Shown in pieces: positions 13,003 through 26,600 of a stretch of DNA of 64,000 nucleotides. Source of the stretch: Raillietiella orientalis (taxonomy: Eukaryota). Numbering within the stretch: the first letter of the stretch is position 1; each line of letters begins with the position of its first letter. The position numbers and the translations under genes are program-made. Under the pieces are notes generated by a model. The model saw only the letters and a program-made list of their open reading frames with translations. It did not search any database and was not told the DNA's origin. The stretch lies in NCBI GenBank assembly GCA_036172245.1, contig JAYWIR010000001.1, forward strand, positions 2,108,001 through 2,172,000. Direction: 5' to 3'.

Positions 13003-14500
13003 CCACCCGTTCATGCCCGGGGCGTTTCTTGTAAAAAAATTACAAATTCCATCGATAAATCTTTCAGTCTTTCTGTAGTCGCGGCACAGGTCCACCACTT
13101 CCGTAGGTTCCGGAGAGGCTTCTAGGCTAGTTGAAGTTGTCGGAAGAAGTCGGTTCAGGAAAATCAGGGGAAAGAGGAAGAAGCAAAAAATAAATAAATA
13201 GCAAACAGAAAAAGCACTGAAATGTAGGGGGGAGAGGGAGAAGGGATCACAGGTTGCTCCCTGGTGACCTCTGCACCCTCTCAAGGATGCCGGCAAATTC
13301 CTTTCGGTTGTGCTTCAGGTGCGGCCATCTCGCGGAGATCCTTAAGAACGAGAAGGCGAAGGAGATGGCTTCTCTGCTATTCCGGCCTCTGTCTTCGGGA
13401 CTTTCCAGCCGCGGATGCAGCACAAAACAGGCACTAGCCGCGGCAGGCGAAGTGGCGCCACGCGTGAAGAGGCGTCTGAATGAGGCCCTCGGGTGTTCTG
13501 GGAAGTTCTGTGACGTAATCAAACGCCTTCGCACACATTGGAGGGCGGCGCACTTGAAAAGCAGGTGCGGCAGGATTTCTCTTCCGCAGCACCTGCCACA
13601 CTCTGGGTCCTCGCCTGGTTCAGAGGTGGAGGCTGCGCGCGTTGCATGAAATGGCCCAATGCAGAAGTCGCAATGCCGAGTCGTGCCACTTCATGGGAGG
13701 GAGTAAGCTGTCCGGAAACACAGCGGAAGTCTCCACTTCCTTAACACGGGGTTCCAGGTGATCCGCCAAGCGAAGTCCTTTGGGGAGGGCGGATGGGGGA
13801 TGGAATCCAGCATCCCGAGAGCTTCCTATTTTTCCTGAGATCTCGCCGTGTATCTCCCATCTTGCGGGCTGGTGGCTGCCCTGGCTGTCCCGCAGGGGAA
13901 CGGCAGCGTCGCAACAAGAGGGGTTTGCTGGGTCCGCGCGGTAGTTTTCCTCGGGCAGTCCGTCATCTCCTTCACCGAGCGGAGAGCTCAAATGGAGTGT
14001 CACAGGCCGTTGCGTTCTCTCCAGGCACATGTGCCGCTAATTCTTTACCCACGTCTGAGCTGCTTCTGCTTCCAGGCACCGCAGTTCATCGGCGAGCAGG
14101 GGATCCAAATGTGGCCCTGAGACAAGGCAACCATCTGTAGAAACCGGCAGCCTTCCGCTGGACAACATAGCCCCGAGACGTGGCGCTTGACGCACCTTCT
14201 GGATCATCGCCAGGAGAAGCGGTCCCCGAAAAAAAACAAAAGCAAGCAAAAATGCAGGAAGGAATGCAATCTCCATCCAGACGGATTTCTGGACAGCCGG
14301 AAGTGTAGACTGCGAAACCGGCAAAAGACGTACCCCAAGACTTTTTGGATCGTTAAAAACCATGCCGGATTTGGCTGATCTCGGTTCCTGACAGGTCTGC
14401 ATCGACCTGTCTCTTTCTGGCTCCAGATGCTGCAATTAGGGAAGCCCGCACTGCGCTTCTTCGTTAACTTCTGTCCATCGCCTTTCAGCATGCGCGCCGT
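13003..14500 (-). mobile_element. GC-rich L1/Tx1-like element, RT C-terminus to 3' UTR
   Basis: KSGMVFNDPKSLGVRL (GL.VN..KS/KYLG region), LLHWAISCNAR, CGRC..REILPHLLFKC, FLRISARWPHLK, and the terminal cgccccgg..cgggtg motif at ~13003-13030. Confidence 0.78.
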
Positions 14501-14599
14501 TTTCTTTCACTGGAGAGGGAAGACCTCATGCTCGGATCGTCCGCGCACGCGCTCCACCGCGGCGCGCGTCTATCCGAACCAGGAGACCACTAAATTTAC

Positions 14600-15440
14600 T
14601 GCTGCTTCCCTCGGGTCTTGCTTTCTCCTGAGGTTCTCAGAGAATCCGCCTACTGGGTCATCCCGTCAAAGGCAAGGAACAAAGGCAAGGCATTAGCGGT
14701 CGTCAGCACTCTCACGCTCCCTGATTCCTCAATCTCCTGCGGGATCGCAAACAGATGGAAGCTGATGAGTGGATGGACCATGAGGCAGCTGGCAAATCCA
14801 TGCTGCCAGCTCTAGCTCCTGGCTGGAAGAAATAATTGTCTCGTGGGAGCAGCTGAAGGGACCCAGCTCGGAGAGGTGAAACCGCCTGCGTCTCTGCATC
14901 TATGCCCGCTGCTCGCTGCGGAAGATCCTGGAGTGTCCTAGAATGAACGAGCGAGTGGAAAAGACCCCCTTACTGCAATGATGCTCTTCCTAAGGGATGC
15001 AAATGGCAGCAGTTAATCGAAGAGGTAGAAGTCTCCTGCGAGATCGCAGGCAGGGGGAAGCTAAGGAGTGGACGGAATATGGGACAGCTGGCAAATGAGC
15101 TGCCACCCCAAGTGCCCTTCCACAAGGACTACAACTCTGAAGCGAGCTGCTCGGTATTCCAAGAGAAGACCTAGAGGAACCCCCAGGGCTCAAGGATAGC
15201 AGCGCCCTCCCTGTGAAGTGGCAGGAGTCGACACTTCTGCCGTTGCACTGGGGCGTCCCCTGCAACGCATGTCGATACCACTGGACCCTGGGGAGGGTGA
15301 GTCCGGACTGTGGCAGGTAACGGAAACGAAAAACCCTTCCGCACCTACTATTGGCTTGTGCTGCCCTCTGGCTACTTTGATAACGCTTTGTTGCGATCCT
15401 ACACAGTGCTGTTCTCGAACAACTTGTGATCCCTCCCTTG
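14600..15440 (+). mobile_element. GC-rich L1/Tx1-like element fragment
   Basis: PQGL..SELLGIP, KWQES..LHWGVPCNA, CGR....LPHLLL; degenerate. Left boundary approximate. Confidence 0.7.
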
Positions 15441-15469
15441 CTTTGAAACACGTTCAGTGTGTTTCCTCA

Positions 15470-16120
15470 TAAGCTGGAAACAAAAGGTGTTGCTTCTGCA
15501 TCGGGGATTCCAGCCCAACCAGCTCACTGATGCCTCGTTTCCAGGAGGGTCGCAACCCCGAACTGTGCCAGTGGAGTTCGGGGTTGCGACAAAAGCAGCT
15601 GTGGGTCGGCGGAGTCGATCCCACACCTGCTTTTGGACTGTGGTGCCCTCCAAAAACTGTGGTAGTGAAGACTGACTTCAGCGCTCCTGCACCAAGAGTA
15701 CACCGCCCGCGGTCTGGTGAGAAGGTTCTTCGTGCCCAGCGGACTTTCGACGGGCGCGATGATCGCGACTGAGGGTCTCATCCGCGCCATCGTCACCGCC
15801 CGCCATGTGCTCGAGACGCAGGCGCAGAGAAGGGAGGTCACCGGGGTGGCAGTCTCCTACATGATGTCGGCTGCAAGGTGGCCTCACCTGAAAGAAAAAG
15901 TGAAGGAAGAAACTGCCGGCATCCAGCTCTGGTGTTGAGAAGGGAGCATACAGTGTCCGATATTAAAGATGCCTGTCCCTTTGTTCACTCATGTACTGAC
16001 TGCTCCCATCCGTTCCTGACTTTCAGGATGGCTTATGCTGCGTGTCAGTGGACCCTCCCCTCGAACTTCTTTCTGTTTTCCGTTGGGAACCGTGTTCTCA
16101 AATTGTCTGTTCTTTTAAAT
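15470..16120 (+). mobile_element. GC-rich L1/Tx1-like fragment; near-identical inverted copy of 10432-10990
   Basis: ORFs 15678..15887 and 15717..15938 translate identically or nearly so to 10665..10874 and 10614..10835 on the opposite strand. Confidence 0.85.
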
Positions 16121-17159
16121 GAACACCCAGGCGTGATTTCCCAGGTGCTAGTCGCTCGATTCTACGTCCCTCACAGTCGCACACCAATCCTTCCAGGTAC
16201 AAGAACACTCAGATGTCACATGCATCGAATTCAACTCATTTGCGGTCCTCAGTAAACGTGACCTATGTTTTCTCGCTGCAGACAGATGCCAACTTACACC
16301 ACATGACAGCAGGAATTCGCACAATCATCACATCTTCAGCCGTTCTCCATTCACGGACCACCCTTTCCCTAGGAATTAAAATTGATGCCATCCCCGGACG
16401 TCTTAACCAACCATCTGTCACCCTGGATAAACCAGGAATCTTATTCGGTCCAGACTTCGATGTCTGTGGCATCAGCCACAAACTCACACCTATCCTACAC
16501 AACTCCATGAATTCTCAACACTGCGGCAGTGAATTTTCTATTAGCTGGCGGGTGGTGGCTTGTAAGATACTCTCAAGACAAGTTCTGGTGATGCGTTGCA
16601 CTGCTAAGGGAGGGCGGAGCTGGTAAGGGGACCGCGGAACCTTCACAGAACGGATGAGCGCCCTGCAGACCACTACCAAACTGGTTGGCAGCACAAACTT
16701 CCTGCTCGCCAGGAAGGATGGTTTCGGTTGCCTAGGCTACTGCCAAGACCCATCGTGATTAAAGAGAAATCCGAGGTGTAAGTGGCGGCGATCCGCTTCT
16801 GTTGTCTTCGCGTCGCGAAGCAACCAATCAAACAAACAAAGAGATTCATCGTTCGTTTCCCTATCTCGGGTCCTCCTTCCTCGGTCTTGGTTTGAGTGCC
16901 CTCGTCACTTTCAATTTCAGGAAGTTCTGCTCCCGAGTTCGTCTTCTGCCTGAGTATCCTGAGACTAGCAGGTCATGAGGAAAGTTCGGGAAAGTTCTCG
17001 ATCTTTCTGCTTTTTCGGAGGAAGATCTCGTTTTTCCGAACTTCCACCGAGCTTCTGTTTGGATCCGGTGACGCCAAACAAAAGTCGCAAGATACACCAC
17101 CAGAGTCCCGCATGCCTTAAATGCTGGAGGGAAGATGTCCTGCAAACTACCTGCTGATC

Positions 17160-17670
17160 GTCGAGATCTCCTTGGACAAAAAAAGGAGAGGGAAGGGAAA
17201 TGAATAAATAAGTAGGAAACAGTAGGGGCTTGAGAGGGTATCATAGCTGGCTCCCGAAATGGCTCTCCATCCTCTGGAAGATGCGAATGAGTTCCTCTTT
17301 GCATGCTTCACGAATAAAGGTGTCATAACTGGTTTACAGCTGCAAGTCGTGCCACGGCTATTTCACGAAGACAGCAAAGGGCTGCCGTCGTCGTGGCTAT
17401 TGCATCACGCAGGAAGAGGCTCTCTGAGAGCATCAATCGCATGCTGGAAGGGCTTTAGAGTCGAGTCGTTCCCATAAACCGCGGAGGGCACCCTCTAACA
17501 TGTCTGAGAATGTGCCACCTCAATGTGCCCTTCCACAAGGACTATGACGCTGGAGCGAGCGGCTCGGTGTTCCTAGCAGACACCTCGAGTGGTTACCAGG
17601 GTTCAAGTGTAGCAGTACCCTCCTGCCACTTCCGAAAGAGGGTGCTGTTATCCCTGAGCACCCTCCAACA
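17160..17670. mobile_element. Scrambled fragments of the GC-rich L1/Tx1-like family
   Basis: Minus-strand C-terminus (KEELIRIFQRM plus pyrimidine tract) at 17160-17330; plus-strand PQGL*RWSERLGVP at 17510-17592; its continuation lies inverted at 17593-17665. Confidence 0.65.
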
Positions 17671-20600
17671 TGTGTACAACCCTTCCACCTCTCTGCACCT
17701 GTCAATATACCTCTAGGGAATTGTTCTTTGCTTTCGTATGGCTCCTTTTCTTTTCCCTCCGCTGCCTCGTCTTGTTGTTCTGACCCAAAAGCTCTGACTC
17801 CGTCTTGGGGTACGCTGTTATCCCAGGGATTGAAACCTCTCCCTGATGGATTGGATGGCTTTCATAGTTCCTTTATCTTGCAGGTGCATTATGGTTGCTT
17901 CCTCCTTCAATGGACAGTACGCTTTGTCTCTTGTCTGTTGTGTCACTCGTCTGTGCTTTTCGATCCTTTCTGTTCTTTCTCAGCCAGTTTCACCCTTTCT
18001 CTGTCCGAGTCCAGATACCTTTCTTTTTTGCATCTTTGACTGCGTGTTTCTCTGCAGTTCCCACTTCCACCTCTGGGCTGTCCTTGCAGCTTATACGTAT
18101 GTGGTGACAAATGCGTACCGAAGTGACTCATGGATTGTCAATAAAGATAATTATTAATTTAACCACTCCGAATTTCCTGCGCATCTCACCTTCTCAGCCT
18201 GAACAAGGACCGTAGTAACCGCTACGGCAGCTTCGATGACAAGTCTTAATCAGCTTTTTTCCTGCGCCCGTCTGAGATGGGCGCGTATGCTTGTCTGTAG
18301 GGAGTTTTCATTCTCCATCCTGCAAACCTCTCTTCCGAGCTCCATAAATAGCATTTTCAAGATTCAACATGGGGAAACGGTGTGATCATTTCGTATGATC
18401 CATGGATTCATCTGCAAGTTAAGGGTGAGGTCGCCACGAAGCAGGAAAGAAGGATGGCTATGCACCATTTTACAATCTGTCTATGTCCACCATTAGAGGA
18501 TGAGCGCTGCCAACTGCAAGGAACAGTGGTTACTAAACCCTCTTCTTCGGAGTCGACACCTTTCGAGACTGCGGTAACAACTACGGACTGCTCAACTACG
18601 TCTGATCCACTGAGATGCAGAAGAGGGGAAAAAAGAAGGAAACACTGTCGTAAGGGTGTCCCAATTAGTGGGTGCTGTTAGGATTACGACTGCAGCATCG
18701 CCACCTGCAGTCGTGACTCGAACCGGACACCAAAGTCCAGTGAAGGGTAAATTCCGATAAAGGTCTGCATCTTCGCCTGTGAATCCCTCCGCGAAAGTTG
18801 ACACGCAGTAGATGCATGCTTTCTCTGCTTTTCAGCATGGACCACGACGGATGCCCCTTTGCCATTCTCCAAATGAGCAGGAGGAATCCAGCACAGGTTG
18901 CCTTTTCGAGCGAGCAACTTCAGCCCCGGGGAAGAGTCCACGCCAGGGACTTTTCGGGCTTGCCGACAGCAACTTCCACTTTCCTGATGTTACGGTCGCA
19001 TTCTTCGGCCGCTCAGCAGTAGCGCCACGCGGCGTCACAGCACAAGCAAGAATGCATCATGCACTGATGTATTGTGTGTAGCAGGGGGGTCTTGCCTCGT
19101 GTCAGACGCCGGCGAAGAATGGTCTTCTCTATTTCTTGCCTCATTTTTCATGAAGGCGATGGAAGGGACTGAAGAGCGCTGCGACATTTCCAGCAGTTTT
19201 GGGATCTCAAGGAAGCCCCGTGAAATGCATTTTCGTTCCTCTGAACCTCAGTTCACTGGAGGACGGGTCAGCTTTTTGCTTATTCTTTGTGAGTGCTTGG
19301 AAATCGTGTTCGTCTTTCGCTCACGCTCCTCATGAAGCGCTTGTTGTAAATACAACTTTTAGCCACAGGAAGAGGCAAACAAGAGGCAAGAAGAACTTTC
19401 ATTCAGACCGCAGTGATTTCAGAGTGCAGGCAAGATAGAGGAAAGCCTGCTTTTCGCGCTACCGGGAGTTCTTCAGCTGCTGCTCCATTCTTTGGTCTTA
19501 GGCATGTTGCTTCCAAGCAGAAGATTCTACTCGCAAACCCGCCACGAAGTAGCGCCGCGCATGGCACGCTGGTGGCAACATCTAAAGCTGACTTGAGCTG
19601 TCTTCAGTCTGGGGGGAAGGGCGTGTGTGCCAAACTTTGCTCCCTGCAGACAACTCGAGGCACCACGGCACCAGTAGCGCGCGCTTTTCTTACGGTACGG
19701 ACATTTTGAGGCGCAGAGATTTCGTCTTTCAGGACATCCCTCAGTCTACGCAGTGTGAAGGGAGAACTGATGCGTGCCCGTGCATCAAACAGAGGCTAAC
19801 TAGGGAAAAAACAGTTGCTAAAGAAGCTTGCGAGTATGGAGGCAGCCTTACCGTTCCATTCCACCGGTAGGCAGGCAGGAAGATCATCGGTGAAATCGAC
19901 GGAATAGCTGTACAACTAAGGAAACGAGAAGCCAGAAGTTTGCACGTGGCTCAGAGAAAGCAACAGTGATGCCATCTACCGCCGAATCAAGGAGTTGGCG
20001 CGCGCACTTCGTGCTTTCGGAGCGTTTCGCTGTTTGGTGGTTCCACTTTGGAGACGGTGGACGGACCACTCCTAAGTGGAACAAAAGACGATAATTATAC
20101 TAATAACAATAATGAACACCAAACACGCAAAAAAAAAAAGGTCACGAGGAAGGAAACTCATGTAAATAGATTTGGATATCTTAAAAACTCCCCCCCTCCC
20201 CTCCCCCAAAACAAAGTATTTCAAAATCAGAGGACTTAAAGAGGTGCTTAATGTGACTTAACGAGGTGCACAATCAGAGGACAAAGTTTGAGAATCCGAT
20301 CCTTGCTGGAACCCAGGAAGGAAACTCCTCCTCTATTCGTTTCAAAAGAGCTAGAGAAATTAAATGAAAAAAAAAAAAAAAAATCAAAGGGATTTTATGC
20401 GGCCGCACCGTCTCATCATTGATTGATGATTCTCCCCAAATAATTGGCAACTGTGTAGGACTACAAAAACCCGTTTCGAAATTACTACTACTGTGGGGTG
20501 AAATAATGCCAACTCGAAAAAGGAAAGACAGGTATGGTTCAGTCAAGGCAGTGTTCCCCCCCAATGAAAGCGTCGGAGGGCATTCGGTAACTGTATCGCC

Positions 20601-21599
20601 TTGGGGGAAGCGTCCAAAACCCTGATTTCTGAAACACTTTAAAAACAACTCTGCGCATAAAGTCAAGCAAACAGTCCTTTGCTTTACAGCAGCGCTCTGT
20701 AGTATATCGTGTGTTCCCAGCGTGCACTGTCACAGGGTGTTCAACAGAATGCGCTTCACCCAATGGCCATTTTCGTCCGCTGAAGTCCTGAATCATTTCC
20801 AAAAGACATTCTCAACAGAGGGAAGACATCCAACACACGCACAAACAAACGAAAAGGGAGCAGCCCCCCCTCTCGTGCCATCTCACCAGGGAAACCTCCT
20901 TTCTGAGGAGTGAGAGAGAAGAGGCGAAGGAAACTCGCAGACCATTCTCTTTTTCATGTACTTCGGGCTGTGTGACCTTGCACAGCAGTGGTTGCAAGAG
21001 CTGCAAATACTCGTGTCAGAGACCTTTTGCTCTCGCGGACAGATACAATTTCTCAATATGGTTGGAACCCATGAATTCGAATGAGTACTGGACGATTATT
21101 GCTGGCCACCGGAAACTCATCTCGATCCTCCAGTTTCGTCCTGCGTCCAGCAACAGCCTAGACATGTGACCAAAGCACGTGTGACCACCCCTCAGCAGCT
21201 GCAGGATCTCTTCGAGCACGTGCAAGCCCAGGGTGTGTTCGCGTTAGACATCGCAAACTGCCCTGTAAGGCTTCAAAAGGCTTTCGTTCCCAGGGGGCGA
21301 CGTTCTTTTATTGTTCTTGTGTTTCAGCACTGTGAAATCTGCTACGCTAGTGTCCACTGAGGAAAAAGATTTCGGCAGCCCGACCTGATGAACGCCTGAA
21401 GATCATAATTAAAATGACTGAAATGGCGAACAGAGTCCCCTTGTACTCTTTTGCTTTTCTTTAAAAATTACGGCCGAGGATTCTTGGTGGATTTCAACAT
21501 GCTGAAAGAGGCATAACGCGAACTGAAAGGACTTTTGTTTGCAAATCTCAGCTGAAAAGCCAAAAAAGAAATGCCAGAGACCTGCGTTCTAGGCAAACC

Positions 21600-22300
21600 T
21601 TTTTTTTTTTTTTTTTCATGTTCGAAGCACACACAACTTTGGTGAAGGGAATTCATAACCTGCATTTAAGGTCTTGCAAATCTGGCGGAGAAGGTCTGGA
21701 AAAATTTCCGCGTCTGGTCCACACAGGGACAGACATTTTTATTCATGCTCAAAGATTTCACAGATAACCACAGATGCAGGTTTCTATGCGAAGTTTCGTC
21801 TCCGGTGGTCGCTCAACAGCTGAGCGTCTCAGCGCTCCACGTTTGCCATTCTTTATCGTGTGGTAGCACGGCAGGAAATGGTTACGTGGTCCAGAAGCGG
21901 CGTGCGCTTGCTTTCGTGTGCTGCAAATCTTTTTCTAGGAGATTTCTACGCAACCCTTGAAACGAGAATGGGTGCTGAAAGGTTTTTTGGCTTCGATGTT
22001 GGGTGGCGCTGTGTCTTCATTCCTCTCCTCTCCAGGGTCTCCATTCCCCTTCTTTCCAGAGAAGGGCATCTACGCCGTGCACACTACAAATTCATCCAGG
22101 TCCAACGTGCCAATCCCCTACCTATCCAAGCATCAGCCGGGTAGCTAATCGCGCAGGTATCTTGCAGCTGCTGTCGGAAATGGGGAGAGAGGAAACTCTG
22201 GCAATATTCTGAATCATTGCCTGCAGCACTTTCAAGTGTGTACCTGGAGGCTATGCGCCCTGGTGGACTGCATCACGGAGGCGACGAAGAAAACGTTGGC
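21600..22300 (+). mobile_element. Decayed APE endonuclease domain of a LINE
   Basis: DNHRCRFL (D..GR), NLFLGDFYATL (GDFN) and GERKLWQYSESL (G.W..N.SLL), in the expected order. Confidence 0.5.
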
Positions 22301-24476
22301 TCAGCAACCAAGAGACTCTCGGTACGCAGGCATCTGATCCCGGAAAAAGGAGCCCTGATGCAAGCACCAGTTTCGAAGGCCCACTATTAGAGATGCAGCA
22401 GGCTGATGGAGATTCCAGTTGAGCTTGTCTTTCACGCGGAGGAACACCTTTGCTGCTTGTCTTTGTCTTTCACACGAAGGTTTCTGTTGATGGTCAGACC
22501 TTTGTTTCCGATGGATTCCTATGGAGTGAGCCATTTCCTTTTTGGTGCACTCAATCTGTCGTTTGTGAATCTAAACATCCCTTGATACATCGCCGCTTGC
22601 CGGACGTCTATTTTAGCGATTCTTCGACGGACGCCGATCCAGCCTTGCAGAAAGAGGGGGAGCGATCCACTGTGTTCGCTCTCCCTCCTGCGTTTCTTCC
22701 GTTCAGCGCTCCAACAGCAGCTTCCAACGGGCAAGTTCCATCTACGGTTGTCACTTCCGCATCACCTTGGAAAACTGCATTAGGTCAGAGCATGGTGCTG
22801 GAATCCGCGCGGAAGAGAAACAGGAGGAATACTGAAAGCAATTACACGCATTCTTGTTCTTTTTCGGGAACCCAAGAGTTATCTCTCATGACTCTCGTCG
22901 AGCTACTGGACCTGCTGAATGTCCAATGTCCTGCAAGAGCTGCAAATCTACGGAAGACACGTGGAATGGGTCTGCCTACTAAATGAACGAAGGAATCACA
23001 GACAATGAAGAAGGAAGGAATTATACCAAGTCTTCGCATGTCGAGGCTGCCGTTGAACGCGTGCGTCACCACTGGGACATCTGCTGCTCGCCTTGGCGTT
23101 CAGCAGGTGAGCTCGTTCGCGTGAACGAGCTCACCCTTTGTCTCGAGTTCGGGTGCCCGTGAAGAATCGACAGGCCAAGTTGAACGCAGCGAGCGGTTTC
23201 ATGGCACTGGAGATGATGGGGGCATTGGCTGCGCATAGGGCTCTCTCGCGTTCGCGACTTGATGTCCCGCTGACACTGGCGCCTGGGAAGCTAGATTGCA
23301 CCCTCTGGGGTTCCCGTCACTTGGCTTCGCTCTCACCTCCATTTCCTCACAGCTCGCGTGGCGACGTTGGCAAGTCGCTCCGATGCACCAGTGAGGCGAA
23401 GCAGTGGCTCTCGATCGATCAAAGAACAAAACATCTACCCATCCCCATCGCTCACCCCCCACACAAACTAGACATCCATATGCGAAACGACGCCTCAACT
23501 TCACGTGTAGTGGATAGAGGCAGTTCCCTCGCGCTGGGATCCGCCATGAAGCAGCGGCAGCCAGCGGCCATCACACGACGGTGAAGAGTAGATCCGAGGA
23601 ACCCTGGCAAATATCGGAGTGCAGTGTCCTTAAATTGAGGGCGGACCCTCAAGGAGATGGCACGCCACTTGTTCGACCCAAAGGCATCCAGCTGGCAGCC
23701 GGAAAGCTGCACATTGGCAGGCGGGAACCCGCAGTCTGAAATCCAGCAGAGGTGGAGAGGAAGCGCGGAGAAGAGAAGCCAGACGGCGACGCCTGAAGCC
23801 CCTTTACGAGGCGAGGGGAGGAAAGCGGAGAGAGGGGATGGGGGTGAGGGCCGTACCGGCGGCTGCGCGCCCGTCTCAGCCGAATCTAAGAGGTGGGAAC
23901 GCCTGACTCGCCACGAAGGGAGCCGAGCGTCCGCGTGTTCCGTCGACGCTAGCGGGCGCGTTTCCAGAGGGTCCTCGCTGGAAACGTGGCGTGCTGCGCT
24001 TCCGTGCGCTGCACGACCGGGCACGTGACGCAGCGTGCGTGTCTGAAGGGCACGTGTACAGAACGCGCATCTCCGCGTACCGTGAACGAGAATGCGGTGT
24101 GCATCTCGGAGCTGCTGGCAAAGAAGAGCAGCAAGCGGAAGGACGGGCATCGCGCTCGCTGCCCGCACTGACGAGATTTGCGAACACTGTGCTGACGCGG
24201 GCGTTCCGGCAGGTCCGATCCCGCGCCTTCTCTGGCGCCAGGTGCGGGTGGCGACGAAGCGAGAAGGGACTCGAGCTTCCCGATGTTTCCCAAACAACCT
24301 ATCGGATGAGAAGAAAGACAGAAAAGAAAAGCAGTGCAAAGATGAACTCTGGTCCTGCGTGCACTCGGCGCGGCAGCAGCAGCGGTGAGATGGCGCCACC
24401 GCCAGCAGGTAAGCCGGGCGCGTAGGCCAGTTTTCTTTTCTCTTCTGCTTTTCCCCGTCCCTTTTCTCATTGCAGG

Positions 24477-25130
24477 TTTTTCACCCGCCATGAAGGTAAA
24501 GGTATCACAATTTCTAAATGAAATTTGATAATAAAGTCTTCATAGTTTTTTGAGTTTTTGTTTTTGAGTTGTCTGGACAGAACCTTGTCCTTACCAGCCC
24601 TCAGGGCGGTGAGGTCCTCTTCGCTGGCGAAAGGAACGGGAAAACCAGAAAAAAACAAAACAAAACAACAAAAACACGAAGGGGTGGTGGCAACGTTTTA
24701 CGGGAAGGGGAGGGATCACAAGTCGCCTCGAGTAGTCCTCTGCATTGAGCTTGGATGCGGACAAGTACCGGTCGAATCTTCCTGAGCCGGGGCCATCGAG
24801 AAGCCTTCTCCATGGAGATGGCTGCCCAGTGAATGGCATTCCCGCTGTTGTGGCTTCTCCTCAACGCAGTCCACTTTCCAGGATTCCGCGTACGCAGCAG
24901 AGAACTGATTGCAGGTAGCGCAGCAATGCCGGAACGAGCCTGGACCTGGGAAGATTCTCGGGCCACTCACCCGGAAGAGGAGTTGCGGGGGACGCGGTGC
25001 GCTCTCCGCGCCAGCGGTCGCAGCGAAGAAAAGGCCATGGACTGCATGCCCGCTGCTGATGCGAGGGACTCCGCAGTCCTGGCGTGAATGAGGAGGACGT
25101 TGAGTCCACTCCTGTCCTCAGAGCTCCTGG
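24477..25130 (-). mobile_element. GC-rich L1/Tx1-like element 3' end (same subfamily as 55130-55870)
   Basis: AIHWAAISMEKASRWPRL and a 3' UTR gcc.g.gaagaggacctcac...ggtaaggacaag shared with 55710-55760; ends gggtgaaaaac. Confidence 0.8.
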
Positions 25131-25589
25131 CGTCCATCTTCGCCTTTTTCCAGGAGTCCGCCGAGTGGTCCGAATTCCGAAGGAAGAAGAATCCGCGCAG
25201 GTAAATGGAACCGCGGGGACTCCTGTGCTCGGAGGTGAGTTCCCTGTGCAGAGAATAAAGTGAACTTCTCCGCTCTCTCTCTTCGCTTGCTCTTCGTTGG
25301 GGGGATGTCTGGAGGGCGAAGAGAAGAAGAAGGCGCTGCTGAGAGCTGGGGTTCTCGGGCGCCAAGTGATACAGACGGCTCCCCACGAATTTTCATTTTG
25401 GCTTGCTGTCACTTTTGTTCGCATTACCGTCACTTCGTGCAAACGGGCGCTCCCTTTCGGTGTCCGCGAGAGCTGGTACCGCTGGTGCGCCAGTGCTGGC
25501 GCACACTTGGCGTTCTCGCGGAAGGATGTTGAGTGCTGCGCTTCACGAAAAGACGGCTGCGAAGGAAATGAAAGACGGGGACCTCGTCC

Positions 25590-26600
25590 GAAGTGGTCTC
25601 GCGGTCACCATGGCATCCCTAAACCGGAAGAGAGAGGTTGCGAGACTTGAATGGTGGGCGCTGGTAGCATCGAACGGCAAAACTAAGAAAGCAGGAATGG
25701 AGCGAAGAAACTGCTGGAAATGTCGTGAACTTCGGGGCAAGATGAAAGCACTTTGGCAGAGGGTTTCCTTTAGTCGGTTTCCATAGCTGCACTTGCATGT
25801 GCCCATGAGTGTCCCTGCGCCGCGAGGGGCTGCGAAGGCGGCTGCAAAGGAGAAAGACAAGACGTCACGAGCCCTCTGCTTCCAGCCGAAGGATGTGCGG
25901 AGGAGATTTCATGCAGCATCTTGACCTTGCATTGGCTTCATCACGAGGCTCAGGGACCCTGGAGATCCCCAGGAAGAGGAAAGAAAGCGAACGCTGAAGC
26001 TAGGATCAACCGTTCGTTGGTGCATCTGCATTTCCTACGGTGCCAACCGTTGCATCTCCGTGATCGTTGGATGTTGGGTTCCCTGGACTCAAGAAAGAAC
26101 AAGTCAAATGTTGAACGAGTTGTACGTCGCCCGCAGACGACTGTGACACGACACGCTCCCGGTAATGTGCCGGCACCGTTAGGCGGTTCGAACAGGGAGC
26201 AGGCGAGACAAGGAAGCTCCTCGGTCTGGGGGATGGAGCTCGTGGGGATCGTGGGAAATGCCTCCTGGAGCCCTCTGTGACCTCACCGGGGAGGTTGCCT
26301 GAGGCATTCTCCTTCCGCTACGGAGTTCCAGACCTCCCACTTGCCTGCTGGCTGGTCCTTGACGTCTTGCGTTCCTGAAGGGACTCTGTAGTGAAGAGCG
26401 TGACCTATGTTCCTTCTGCTGGCTGGAACCTCAACAATTGTGTCCAGGAGGGCCCTAATGGAGAATGACCCTCCTCTTGCCGCCATCTTCACACTGCTAC
26501 CTGGAAGAAGGTGGCTGGGACCACGCACGCGTAAAGAAGGGTGCGTTCTTGACGGCGAGGGCAATCCAAGCTTTCTTCAGGAAAGGAGATGGTAAGACGG
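25590..26600 (+). mobile_element. Decayed APE endonuclease domain of a GC-rich LINE
   Basis: AVTMASLN (start), ASNGKTKKAG, CGGDFMQHLD (GGDFN..LD), LRDRW; a GKWEVWNS segment appears inverted at ~26290-26400. Confidence 0.55.

Noticed and set aside
18300-24400. Many overlapping 60-315 aa ORFs
   Set aside because: GC-rich, open on both strands, and no recognisable domain apart from the APE relic listed.
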